Shown: piece by piece, positions 52,701 through 64,000 of the stretch
How positions within the stretch are numbered: the first letter of the stretch is position 1
Layout: the number at the start of each line of letters is the position of its first letter
Assembly (NCBI RefSeq): GCF_032118995.1
Contig: NC_092655.1
Location: 14,461,223-14,525,222 of the forward strand
DNA from: Asterias amurensis
Taxonomy: Eukaryota
Direction of reading: 5' to 3'
Length of the DNA stretch: 64,000 nt
Translations under genes and position numbers: made by a program
Notes under the pieces: generated by a model
Told to the model about the DNA's origin: nothing
Database searches by the model: none
Seen by the model: the letters and a program-made list of their open reading frames with translations, nothing else

Positions 52701-55060
52701 AAGGACTGTATATAAGTGTTGATTTATGTAATGAAGTTTTGTAACGTAATAATGAATTAATTATTAATTGTAACCTTTTATTTTATGTCACTCTGTAATT
52801 CAATTATTTGTTATTCTAATTGTTTACATGGTATCTATTCTGGGGTACCCTCACATGGTGGCCACCATGTTTTTTTACTGGTTACTATATGAAGACATGT
52901 AAATATTGTGACACACTTGGGGTTTAGTAACTCTTGTTAAAGTTTGTTATGTCAAAGGTCATGACCTTGTGTGTGTTTGAGTACTCATTAACCAGGTTTA
53001 TAATTACAAAGGTCTAGCCATTGTCCATGGTATTTATATGGATAATCAGTCCAGTTTGTGAGTACTCTAAGAGTCTTAACGACGTTAAAAAAGTGTGTTA
53101 AGGACTGTATATAAGTGTTGATTTATGTAATGAAGTTTTGTAACGTAATAATGAATTAATTATTAATTGTAACCTTTTATTTTATGTCACTCTGTAATTC
53201 AATTATTTGTTATTCTAATTGTTTACATGGTATCTATTCTGGGGTACCCTCACATGGTGGCCACCATGTTTTTTTACTGGTTACTATATGAAGACATGTA
53301 AATATTGTGACACACTTGGGGTTTAGTAACTCTTGTTAAAGTTTGTTATGTCAAAGGTCATGACCTTGTGTGTGTTTGAGTACTCATTAACCAGGTTTAT
53401 AATTACAAAGGTCTAGCCATTGTCCATGGTATTTATATGAATAATCAGTCCCGTTTGTGAGTACTCTAAGAGTCTTAACGACGTTAAAAAAGTGTGTTAA
53501 GGACTGTATATAAGTGTTGATTTATGTAATGAAGTTTTGTAACGTAATAATGAATTAATTATTAATTGTAACCTTTTATTTTATGTCACTCTGTAATTCA
53601 ATTATTTGTTATTCTAATTGTTTACATGGTATCTATTCTGGGGTACCCTCACATGGTGGCCACCATGTTTTTTTACTGGTTACTATATGAAGACATGTAA
53701 ATATTGTGACACACTTGGGGTTTAGTAACTCTTGTTAAAGTTTGTTATGTCAAAGGTCATGACCTTGTGTGTGTTTGAGTACTCATTAACCAGGTTTATA
53801 ATTACAAAGGTCTAGCCATTGTCCATGGTATTTATATGGATAATCAGTCCAGTTTGTGAGTACTCTAAGAGTCTTAACGACGTTAAAAAAGTGTGTTAAG
53901 GACTGTATATAAGTGTTGATTTATGTAATGAAGTTTTGTAACGTAATAATGAATTAATTATTAATTGTAACCTTTTATTTTATGTCACTCTGTAATTCAA
54001 TTATTTGTTATTCTAATTGTTTACATGGTATCTATTCTGGGGTACCCTCACATGGTGGCCACCATGTTTTTTTTACTGGTTACTATATGAAGACATGTAA
54101 ATATTGTGACACACTTGGGGTTTAGTAACTCTTGTTAAAGTTTGTTATGTCAAAGGTCATGACCTTGTGTGTGTTTGAGTACTCATTAACCAGGTTTATA
54201 ATTACAAAGGTCTAGCCATTGTCCATGGTATTTATATGGATAATCAGTCCAGTTTGTGAGTACTCTAAGAGTCTTAACGACGTTAAAAAAGTGTGTTAAG
54301 GACTGTATATAAGTGTTGATTTATGTAATGAAGTTTTGTAACGTAATAATGAATTAATTATTAATTGTAACCTTTTATTTTATGTCACTCTGTAATTCAA
54401 TTATTTGTTATTCTAATTGTTTACATGGTATCTATTCTGGGGTACCCTCACATGGTGGCCACCATGTTTTTTTACTGGTTACTATATGAAGACATGTAAA
54501 TATTGTGACACACTTGGGGTTTAGTAACTCTTGTTAAAGTTTGTTATGTCAAAGGTCATGACCTTGTGTGTGTTTGAGTACTCATTAACCAGGTTTATAA
54601 TTACAAAGGTCTAGCCATTGTCCATGGTATTTATATGGATAATCAGTCCAGTTTGTGAGTACTCTAAGAGTCTTAACGACGTTAAAAAAGTGTGTTAAGG
54701 ACTGTATATAAGTGTTGATTTATGTAATGAAGTTTTGTATCGTAATAATGAATTAATTATTAATTGTAACCTTTTATTTTATGTCACTCTGTAATTCAAT
54801 TATTTATTATTCTAATTATTAACATGGTATCTGTTCTGGGGTACCCTCACATGGTGGCCACCATGTTTTTTACTGGTTACTATAGGAAGACATGTAAATA
54901 TTGTGACACACTTGGGGTTTGTAGTAACTCTTTTTCAAAGGTCATGACCTTGTGTGTGTTTGAGTACTCATTAACCAGGTTTATTATTACAAAGGTCTAG
55001 ACATTTTCCACGGTATTTATTAAGGGTATGCAGTCCATTTTTGGAGTACTCTTAACGACG
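49725..55060. repeat. 390-bp satellite, about 14 monomers in copy C. A block of 6 near-identical monomers spans about 52290-54700.
   Basis: The monomer period is about 390 bp (for example 52290, 52680, 53070, 53460, 53850, 54240). Array length is 5.3 kb here, against 2.2 kb in copy A and 2.5 kb in copy B. Confidence 0.9.
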
Positions 55061-55870
55061 TTATTTGATAACAAGGTTATGACATTGTTTATGGTGTTTA
55101 CATGTATATACGGTTTCGAGTACTCATTAACGAGGTTTTGTAATTACAAAGGTCATGCCATTTTCTATGGTTTTTATTAAGGGTGTTTGATTCAGGGAAT
55201 GACCGGGTTGGTGGCTGGCGCTGTAAGGTTGACATTGTTTGCAGTGTTAATTATGGGTGTTTGAGTACTCATTAACGATGTATTATGATCTCTTTTCACT
55301 GTTAATTGTGGGGTGGGAGATGACAACCTTCACGTGGTCCACCCTGTTGTTAACTAATTGTCATCAAACAATAGAGCTTTATAACCATGTTTATAAAGCT
55401 CTATGCACCAAACCAATTTGTTAATGACATTGTGATGACATTTTCTTTGGTGTTTATTTAGAGAGTTTGAGTACTCATTAAGGTTGACATTGTTTGCAGT
55501 GTTAATTTAGTGTGTTTGAGTACTCATTAACGATGTATTAGGATCTCTTTTAACTGTTAATTGTGGGGTGGGAGATGACAACCTTCACGTGGTCCACCCT
55601 GTTGTTAACTAATTGTCATCAAACAATAGAGCTATATAAACAAAGCTCTATGCAGCAAAAACAAAATTTTAATTACAAGGTCATGACATTTTCCTTGGTG
55701 TTTATCTAGGGGATTTGAGTACTCATTAACGATGTAGATTTTAAACGATCTCTTTAAACTGTTATTTGTGGGGTGGGAGGTGACAACCTTCACGTGGTCC
55801 ATCCTGTTGTTAACTAATTGTCATCAAACATTAGAGCTATGAATATACAAGTTTAAAGCTCTATACATCA
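55061..55870. repeat. Partial monomer plus the 250-bp satellite in 3 copies (copy C)
   Basis: Colinear with 7331-8150. Confidence 0.85.
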
Positions 55871-58800
55871 AACCATACCCTTTTCATGAAATGCCCGCAG
55901 TAGATTTGAACAAATGTGTGGAAATGTTGTTTGTTCTTTTATGCAAATCACTTGTTTATTTTGTAAGATGTTACGGGAAACAGCAGGGTCACGGCAAACG
56001 TGCGGCGTGCGCCGTCTCCGTTTTTAAGTAAACTCATTTTGGGGAAGATGTATGCTGTTTAGTGTAACCCGTTCGTATGTACGCAAAAGAAACAAAACAA
56101 AGCGCCCGCCTAGCGCGTTAGCGCTGCTGGAATAGAACGCGCGTATGTCATGTAACCCTGACGTCATAATCAATTCCATAAAAAAAATTACGAAATTGTA
56201 ACATTTTGCCCATTTTTTTGACACCGAAAAAATATGTTTCCCGCAGTAAAAATGTAAAAAGCTAACAAATGCAAAATTCTTCAAGATACTAAAAATATGC
56301 ATTAAAATCTCTAACGTAATGGGAAACAGTCAGGGTCACGGCAAACGTGAAGGGTTCATCAAAAAGGAGTTATATTCATAACACACTTTGCGACGGTTTT
56401 TCTTTAAAATGTGCATACGGTTAAACAAATTTGACAACCCTTCATTTAGCAAAACATCTCAAGATAATCCTCCTTCATTTTAAGTGTTGTTCAAATATTT
56501 CCCACCAAGCGGAGCGTTTTACTGACGTGCTTATGAACACTCGGATTTTCTCATGAATTCTCAAAGGGTCTGGGAGCGCCTATTCTGATCACGATTTTGC
56601 AAAGAAACGCTGCGCGTCAGCTTCATTATCTCGTAGTTGTGCACTGACTGAGCCAAAAGGGAATTAATGACTTGATGAACTTTTAAGAATGTTCATGATC
56701 AGTCCATGCATCAAACAGTTCATGACATGTTCATCACAGCAGTTCATGAACCAAGTTCATGAACTGATCCATTCCATTAATGGACAAGTTAAAAAAGTTT
56801 TGTGTGTTTTCATAAAAGTCAATTTATAAGCTTTCTTTGCAGTTAATGAACTCTAATGAATAATCATAACTCAACTGTGTATTAACTTAACTCCCTGTTT
56901 ACAAATTGGTATACATTTTTCTTCTAACTTTAATTATTTACAGTTTCTGTATGTCAGTGATAGTAGTGATGTATCATTAGTATCATGATTACCAAGCACT
57001 TTACTCTGACAATTTTTTTTCCTGCCCTTTAGGTGTACAGTATAAATTAGTTTTAAAAATTTCAATTTATTTGCCAGGTTAACATTACGCATTTATAAAA
57101 TAAAGACATTGATCATGTGAAACAAGAAACAACTGTGTGATGTAGAATGATCATTGTAAAGTAATAGAAAACACCCTGCCCTGTAAAACACTCTGCATTG
57201 TTTTTTTGTCAAATGAAAATGTGCCTGTGTGAATTATGATTAATTTTGTTCACCTAAAAGAACTCGGGCAAAATCCGAGTCGGTTTACCTTGATTTTGAA
57301 ACTTGGCACGGTGACAGTTTTATTAAAGAGATAGTTACACAGTAAGTAGTAGTGTTTGTTTTGAAGAACATCGTTGGTTATCAACTCTTATTCTAGAAAT
57401 TAAAACGTCACTTTGTATACAACATAAATTTGTTATGCAACAGTCTCTTTAAATCCTCCATAACAACACATCGAACAAATGGAAGAAACAAATCAAGCAG
57501 GGACAATCTTCATAATTTGCACAAATTTAAAGTTGTCATTTTTGCCACTATTTACACAAATGTATGTATACATAAGCCGTGATAGTAGTAAAATTTACGT
57601 ATATAATTTTCACCTAAAATCTTCAAGCAAATGTTTCTTGAAACAACCCCAAACAAAAGTGTCAATAACATAGACAAAAGGAATGACGGGAGGTTTTATA
57701 TGGCCTCAACATTATTACTTATTTTTCTACCTTGTAGAAATGCCGAAAACTACAAACTTTTTGCATTAACAAGTGCAAATAACCAGTGGAGCCTTACGTG
57801 TTTCTAAGTTTTGCTCTTTGCTTGGCAAATAAAACCATATTTGTTGTAATCTAGCGACTGTTTACATCGCGCACAGAGAGGTAAAAGATTTGCCACGATT
57901 TTACGGACACCTTGAAAACAGGACCTCCTCCTTATCGCACATATTATTACAGTTAATCGCACACATATTACAATTTATTGCAAAATATTACATTTTTTGC
58001 ATACATAAATGAATATCGCACATTATGTGACAATACTGTGACGTCATACTCTTATAAGAGATCAGCGATTATGCAAGACCAGCGCTTTTTGGATCCATCA
58101 GTTTCTTTGTTATTTGGGTGCGGTGATTGCATGCTCCTTGGCTAATTTAAATGTGAATAACCCAGTTGTGAAAGATTTACAATAGTTTTTCTGTAAGCTT
58201 GTGATTGAGTGGAAATTTCCGTTATGGTCCAGTAGACTCGCTGATATGCCACGGTTGGGAGTGCTTGTTTGTGGACCTATGTGCTGTGCTTTTCTTTGCT
58301 TTGCTGTCCTGTTTTGTGAGTACTGGTTTCTTCGATATTTCCAGGTTTCTTTAGGACTCCTAGATTTATAACGACTACAATATAACCGTATTGAGTGTTT
58401 TGAAACTGGATCTCAAAAAAATAAGTCTCGAAGTGTGGAATAATTCACAGACGCGGCACATTGCTTGCCGTTCTGTGGCAATGGAAAAAAAGAATTATAT
58501 AAATTAAACAAATTTGTATAGGACATAGTGCATATTATACATAATTTATAAATTATACTATATAAATTCATAGTTTTTATAGGAATATATATTCCCACAG
58601 GTTCCTCATACCTATGTTTAATAAATCGTCCTCTCCTTTCATGGACCATTCTTTGTCCTCATCACTTTACTCTCATTGGTTCATAGCCACCCACAAAGAC
58701 TTTGATTTACTAGAATCTAACCCTTTTTTCTGGTTCCTTCCTTTAAAACCTTTCTCCTCTTTTTCTAGGGAAATGTAATTGTTTGAACATTCATAAAGCA

Positions 58801-59354
58801 TTAATATTAAGTTTAAATATTAAGTTTAAATATATATAAAGTTTACAATAGTAATTATTAAACAAAAAAGTTTTAACAAAAAAAAAATTAACAAAATGTA
58901 TATAAAAACAATTTTTTTAATGAAAGTCTCTGATTGGTCAAAACCCAGTCACATGTGAGAGTGTTAACGGTGGTATAAATACCGGCTTTGGAAAATAGCG
59001 AAGAAGTGGCCACTTAACCAGCATACATTGTGTAAACCTTGCGCGTTGCACTGTATCGCACGCTTATTTATATCCCTGTTAGTTTTATTGCAACTTCGCG
59101 CACTTACGCGTACGCGCGCTGAAAATGTATCAATTTTGAGTGCGCGCGTGTAACATGTGCGCGCGTATAAACTGACGCCGAGCTCATGCGCGCGTTTTAA
59201 TGCACAAGGAACAGCTATCGTCCAATCATTTGCCTCCTTTGACCCCAGTGAAGGCGCTGAACAGATCGTTAATTAAAAGAGTCACTGGTCTCAAAGATCA
59301 GTAATGTGATTAACGCACGAAAGAGATTGGAACCATCAAAAGCTCAAAATATGA

Positions 59355-59895
59355 GTAGGATTCTGGCCCTATGCTTTAGCACTGTGTAGGATTCTGTCCC
59401 TATGCTTTAGCATTTTTTTTGAGTAGGATTCTGGCCCTATGCTTTAGCACTGTGTAGGATTCTGTCCCTATGCTTTAGCACTGTGTAAGATTCTGTCCCT
59501 ATGCTTTAGCATTGAGTAGGATTCTGGCCCTATGCTTTAGCATTGAGTAGGATTCTGGCCCTATGCTTTAGCACTGTGTAGGATTCTGGCCCTATGCTTT
59601 AGCATTGTGTAGGATTCTGGCCCTATGCTTTAGCACTGTGTAGGATTCTGTCCCTATGCTTTAGCACTGTGTAGGATTCTGTCCCTATGCTTTAGCATTG
59701 ACTAGGATTCTGGCCCTATGCTTTAGCATTGAGTAGGATCAGTGCTGGCCCTATGCTTTAGCACTGTGTAGGATTCTGTCCCTATGCTTTAGCACTGTGT
59801 AGGATTCTGTCCCTATGCTTTAGCACTGTGTAGGATTCTTCCCCTATGCTTTAGCACCGTGTAGATTCTGTCCCTATGCTTTAGCATTGAGTAGC
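59355..59895. repeat. Minisatellite of about 17 copies of a 31-bp unit 'gtaggattctg(g/t)ccctatgctttagca(c/t)tg(t/a)'
   Basis: Read directly. It starts exactly where homology to the higher-order repeat unit ends. An inverted core copy 'gagtagagtagaatcctactt' lies at about 60063. Confidence 0.9.
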
Positions 59896-60213
59896 ATTCT
59901 CTGACACTTTCGTCATAAAAACTCATGCTATTCTGCAAACACATTATAATGATCCATGATTAACAAGGCAGAGGGCGCCCTATCTAGCCCTCCGTTGGTT
60001 TCAGCAATCATTGGTTTTGTACAGTACTATATGGAGTAGAGCAGAAAGCACAGAGGTCAATGAGTAGAGTAGAATCCTACTTCGCCTGTGTGGTAAAATT
60101 TTTGTTAACATATCTTGCAGGGTATAATCGAGCGAGCGAGAGTGTGTTGAGTGAGACGGGGAGACTGACAGTTTTTTTCCCCCAAAAACACATTTTTGGT
60201 CGATTCCTATATC

Positions 60214-60222
60214 TATATAAAG
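60214..60222 (+). promoter_or_regulatory. TATA box 'TATATAAAG', about 33-41 bp upstream of the ATG at 60255
   Basis: 'cctatatctatataaagtggggagagaaacattaaagtctactgcgaaaATGGCT'. Confidence 0.5.
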
Positions 60223-60254
60223 TGGGGAGAGAAACATTAAAGTCTACTGCGAAA

Positions 60255-60305
60255 ATGGCTTGCAATGTTTTGACATGTCTGACGAAAATGCGAGTGGCTG
60301 CAAAG
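60255..60305 (+). CDS. Exon 1 (coding part) of an NAD-dependent isocitrate dehydrogenase subunit gene (IDH3 beta/gamma-like). It encodes MACNVLTCLTKMRVAAK and has the donor AAG|GTAAGA.
   Basis: The ATG follows a TATA box. A canonical donor lies at 60306. The reading frame joins exons 2 and 3 in phase 0, giving an N-terminal presequence upstream of the conserved IDH3 block. Confidence 0.5.
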
Positions 60306-60387
60306 GTAAGATAAGAAGTTCAGAATCAAAAAGTTAATAAAACGAGAAACTGGTAACTAAACTAAATGAGCCTGATTAAAAAACTTT

Positions 60388-61059
60388 GGGGTCTCATATT
60401 TAGGGCCTTTTTAACGCTTTTCGTTTTTCAAATCAGATCGGTGCGCATGACAACCCAACAAGGTGGGACAAACAATTCTGTGGAAGGGGTGTTACAAGGG
60501 TACTACTACACAACGCGTTGGACAGGTGTTGAATATAGTTCGTAGTTTCACCACACGTGGCGGTGCTGTTCGAGAAGAGAGCACACCTGTCCAACGCGTT
60601 GTGTTGTAGTAGCCTTGTAACACCCCTTCCACAGAATTGTTTGTCCCACCTCGTTGGGTTGTCTTGCACACCGATCAGTGGTCATGCGCTGTGAGTGTGA
60701 GGTCATCGACTGATACCAGCAAGCACAGCGCTGGTGACCCACTACTAAAGCGTTGAACATATTGTGAGAGGTCACAGACGTGACCCCGACATGACAGAAC
60801 GTGTTGCCGTGACAACGAAGCAACGGACAGCAATCGTAATTACCGAGTAGAAAATTGCCTTTTTTGAAGAAATTATTGAACGTAACTCAACAAAAGGAAA
60901 ATACAAGCATTATGAATGTATTGAGTAGGATGGGGAAAGCTTTAGTGTACAGTACACATGAAAATTCAGTTCTGGCTGGCTAACGGTCCCAAAACTTTCA
61001 CCCATCAAGGCTGATTTGACAAACGTATAGTGTTAAAAAGCCCCTTAATTTGAGACCCC
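60388..61059. mobile_element. Candidate non-autonomous DNA transposon (MITE-like) bounded by imperfect 28-bp TIRs 'ggggtctcatatttagggcctttttaac' and 'gttaaaaagccccttaatttgagacccc'
   Basis: The TIRs lie at 60388-60415 and 61033-61059, with about 24 of 28 positions matching. No clear TSD is seen, which may mean TA or none. It lies in IDH3 intron 1. Confidence 0.4.
60436..60680. repeat. Near-perfect inverted repeat (hairpin) with arms of about 95 bp at about 95% identity and a loop of about 53 bp
   Basis: The left arm 'gatcggtgcgcatgacaacccaacaaggtgggacaaacaattctgtggaaggggtgttacaagggtactactacacaacgcgttggacaggtgt' is the reverse complement of the right arm '...acacctgtccaacgcgttgtgttgtagtagccttgtaacaccccttccacagaattgtttgtcccacctcgttgggttgtcttgcacaccgatc'. 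Confidence 0.85.
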
Positions 61060-62094
61060 TATAAGGCTCACAGGGGAGCCTTATAGTTTCTAGAAGTAGA
61101 CAGGGAAGCTAAACGAACGCACCCACTGCCACTTACACTTGCACGTGACATGTACTTATCGTAGCATCATACAATATCGACCCTCATATGTTTTCGAACC
61201 CCCAACTTTGATTATCGTTTACCGCGAGATTGTGCAAGCTGCACCGGTTGCAGAATCTATGCAGTTTACTCACGGTCTGTATTTTTATTAGGCTTAATCA
61301 TGCTGAGAACAAAGTTTCCTGACGTTGGTTGCTCAAATATTTATAAAATGATAGATTTTTGGTACAAAATACTAGTGCATTATGATGCCAACATTCAATT
61401 GAGTCAAAGAAACATCATCCAACCTCAAAAGTTCAAAACAAAATTACTATCTGCAAGATTGAGTTTCATTCTTTTTTAGTCACTAAACTAATAACATTTG
61501 TGGGCGACTTTAATTACTAAGGGGTAACTTTGTCAGAAGGCGACATTACCAGTGGGCGACTTTGTAACGACCCGGGGGCAAGCCAGTAATAGGGGGTTAT
61601 AGCAGGGGGTGACTTTGTTTGGGGCAAGCTGGCTAGGGGACAAGATGACCCTGAGCCCCCCCTCTTTAATCCTCCATCCTCCTGTGGGCTGACGGGATCG
61701 TCAAACACTGTCAAAGGAAGATGGAGGGCTATGACTTTAGTTATCATAGAAGAAGGTCCTCTACTGGTAGGGCGTTGAGTCCCTGTCTCGCTTGGTGGAG
61801 TATGGAGAGTCTGTTGGTAGTTCCTCTGTCCTTTAACCCTTCTACTGATACACCATTCAAAACCATTCAAAATTCACTAACGTTTACAACCCCATCGGTT
61901 TTGTACACACATGACAGTACCATTTGAGCAGGGTTGATGATAAGCTGTACTATCACTCAAAACCATTCAGATGGTTTCGAGCTGTGCATAACCTGTACAT
62001 GTGTGCATTACCATAGCCGAATGGTTTCAGATGGTCAGCAAGCTGTTTAACAAATCCTGTAGTGTCTATGACATAGTGTGTGGTAACCTCGTAG

Positions 62095-62565
62095 CCAAGG
62101 CGAGATTGGTCACCCCCACACCGCCTGGTATCACTCAGTCATGACAAAGTGGGATCCTTGATGCACCACTTAAAACAATCCTCATGGGGTTCTATACCAG
62201 CTGCACCACCATTCAGGATTTTAGTTATACTGCTATGACGTGAGTAGTCGTTTACTACAAATCTGGCAGCCCTGTGTTGAACCTGTTCAATTTTCATTGA
62301 TGAGAATCTGTCTGGGTGGATCCCAAACAGAAGATGAATATATTCAAGTAAGGGATGGACCAGAGTAAGACAAGCATTTTCTTTGAAGTGTTTGGGACAG
62401 GAGTAGAGGTTCCTTTTAATGAAACCGAGAGATCTATTTACGGATGCAGTAACTATGTTAGGTGTTTATTCTAGGAAATATTGTTGGTGAGCTCAACTCC
62501 AAGATAAGTGTGATGCTTATTTGTCTCTAGTGTTGACTGACAGAGGGTGTAATCACAGAGCATGG
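62095..62565 (-). mobile_element. Degenerate 3' fragment of a non-LTR retrotransposon (CR1/L2/Rex-like LINE ORF2 C-terminal region)
   Basis: The - strand translation 'CQSTLETNKHHTYLGVELTNNIS' and 'LVHPLLEYIHLLFGIHPDRFSSMKIEQVQHRAARFVVNDYSRHSSITKIL' matches the conserved LINE ORF2 tail '...YLGV.ID..L.W...LVRPHLEYC...VQRRAARF(V)...DY.R.SSVT.ML'. It contains stops and lies inside IDH3 intron 1. Confidence 0.6.
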
Positions 62566-62665
62566 GACTTTTTGGCATTTAGGCGCAAAAGAGAACACAA
62601 CTTACAAGAAAACATGATTTAGGGCCTACCTATTTAATATCATTTTGCCTAATTTTGTTTTTCAG

Positions 62666-62725
62666 TTGCCGTCAAGTCAATTGGTGAGAGCTCTGTCAAC
62701 TGGCCAATATTGTATGAAACCTGCA
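62666..62725 (+). CDS. Exon 2 of the IDH3-like gene (LPSSQLVRALSTGQYCMKPA)
   Basis: Acceptor 'ttttgtttttcag|TTGCCG' and donor 'CCTGCA|gtaagt'. The length is 60 nt (phase 0 to 0). Confidence 0.5.
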
Positions 62726-63413
62726 GTAAGTTTGCATTTGTTAATAACAAGTCAATAGGAAAGGCATGATTCATGGAGAGAGAAAACAAGTCCATGTTAG
62801 AGTAATTATTTTCATAAATACAAGTTAAATTAAAGGAACATTACAGACTTGGTTTTGCTAGCAAAAAATTTGCTGGCAGTGTAAGCACTTTATGTAATCC
62901 ACCATATACATTTAAACTGAAACTGACAAACGTGTAGAAGTTTGAGATTGATCGGCCATCTGGGTCACAAGAGAATAGTGAAAATTTTTGCATTGCATTG
63001 ATGCCAAAACGAAAATGAATAAACTGTAAACTCAAAACGCAAAATTAGATTATTTATTTTTTATCAAATATGAAATTTCAGACAGAAATATTTCAAGGGA
63101 TATTTTCTACTATCATTATCATTAGACGGTGTAAGTTTTATGTAAATTTGTGATCTTCACGAGTTTTGTTTATTACCAATTCTGGAACGTTCCTTTAAGA
63201 CAGTAAACTGTCCAAATATAATATAGCAATGGCTGTTGGTTCCAGTTCAATCATGTGACCTGTGACATGAGAAAATGTATCAAATTTGTCTTCACGAGCA
63301 TCCTGAAATTCGCCCCTGGTATACCTTTCATCATCTTTGATATCGACAATCATGTGAAGATGATGTCTCTATATAAAATAAACCAAATACCGAATTTGAA
63401 TATTTTTTGTCAG

Positions 63414-63553
63414 ACACCAGCTGTTAAGCCAGAAACCAGAAGGACTGTGACGTTAATCCCAGGAGATGGGGTAGGACCAGAGCTCATGCAGTCCGTACGG
63501 GAGGTTTTTAAAGGTGCTGGGGTACCTGTAGATTTTGAAGAGCTTTTTGTCAG
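63414..63553 (+). CDS. Exon 3 of the IDH3-like gene ([46 protein letters not shown]), coordinates +/-2
   Basis: '[17 protein letters not shown]...F..A.VPVDFEE' is the conserved N-terminal block of mature NAD-IDH regulatory subunits. Compare human IDH3B/IDH3G 'TVTM(L/I)PGDG(V/I)GPELM...VPV(E/D)F(Q/E)E'. The acceptor is 'tttttgtcag|ACACC' and the donor is 'GTCAG|gtaggt'. Confidence 0.65.
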
Positions 63554-64000
63554 GTAGGTCATTTATTTTACCAGCCTAGCTACATGTACCATGGGCAGCG
63601 TGCCATATCGATACCTCTCGTCACAAACCACTGGAATGGATGTCATGAGAAACAACGCTGATTGGCTCATGAAGTTGGTTTTTGCATCTATAGATGTAAA
63701 GTAAATATTTGCATGTTGATCACGCCCACATTTTTTATGGCACGAACACGCTTTTAAAAACAAAAACACATGTATGCATGCGTAGAAAGGATTTAATATA
63801 GATTCTAGCACATTTTAATGAACACTTTCCAGGGCTTATGATCGAGTAAGGCATGCTGGGAAAAAATGGCACGGTGAGATCGATCCCCTGGGAACGAGGT
63901 TGCACCGATCCTACAAGAATGGCTACCCTTTAGACAGAATCATCTTACAGGATCCTTGTCTATGTATATCATTCATCAAAAGTCACTTAACCACCATAAA

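Larger units (their letters stand above)
44561..59354. repeat. Copy C of the higher-order tandem repeat unit (partial; the array's right boundary is at about 59354)
   Basis: Colinear with A 1-11625. After the shared 'caaaatatga', A continues 'cccattcggctcgg' and C continues 'gtaggattctggccc'. Confidence 0.85.

Noticed and set aside
63826-63960. Possible exon 4 of the IDH3-like gene after the acceptor 'ttccag|GGCTTATGATCG'
   Set aside because: Translation in the required phase ('AYDRVRHAGKKWHGEIDPLG') does not resemble the region of IDH3 subunits downstream of the DFEE block. The true next exon is probably beyond the window.

Overview
This is eukaryotic, most likely animal, nuclear DNA rather than a prokaryotic locus. 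The ORF track uses bacterial-style start codons, and most of its ORFs are fragments of degenerate retroelements or lie antisense to them. Positions 1-59354 are about 2.7 copies of a roughly 22.5 kb higher-order tandem repeat (copies A, B and C). The copies are about 99% identical, judged from ORF-level differences. Each unit holds two head-to-head pairs of Penelope-like retroelements (PLEs), which encode a reverse transcriptase plus a GIY-YIG endonuclease. The two arms of each pair belong to two diverged PLE lineages, called P (+ strand) and N (- strand) here. Every copy carries a lineage-specific frameshift. The PLE pairs are flanked by a repeated module (M) that carries a conserved GT...AG intron-like core. 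Some of those intron-like regions contain very large (ATT)n compound microsatellites and runs of 11 or more G. Each unit also contains a SINE/TE-like fragment encoding a PRLWNSLP...KTHLF peptide. It contains a satellite of about 390 bp per monomer whose copy number differs between the three unit copies (about 5.5, 6.5 and 14 monomers). It contains a related 250 bp satellite, and about 4.5 kb of AT-rich sequence that includes a CpG-rich block resembling a CCAAT/E-box/TATA promoter. The array ends abruptly at about 59354. A 31 bp minisatellite follows it, and then a single-copy region containing the 5' end of a host gene for an NAD-dependent isocitrate dehydrogenase (IDH3 beta/gamma-like) subunit. 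That region shows a TATA box and three 5' exons with canonical splice sites. Its first intron holds a near-perfect 245 bp hairpin inside a TIR-bounded MITE-like insertion, and an antisense CR1/L2-like LINE ORF2 remnant. I found no rRNA gene, no convincing tRNA gene and no CRISPR array. The tandem repeats here are eukaryotic satellites.
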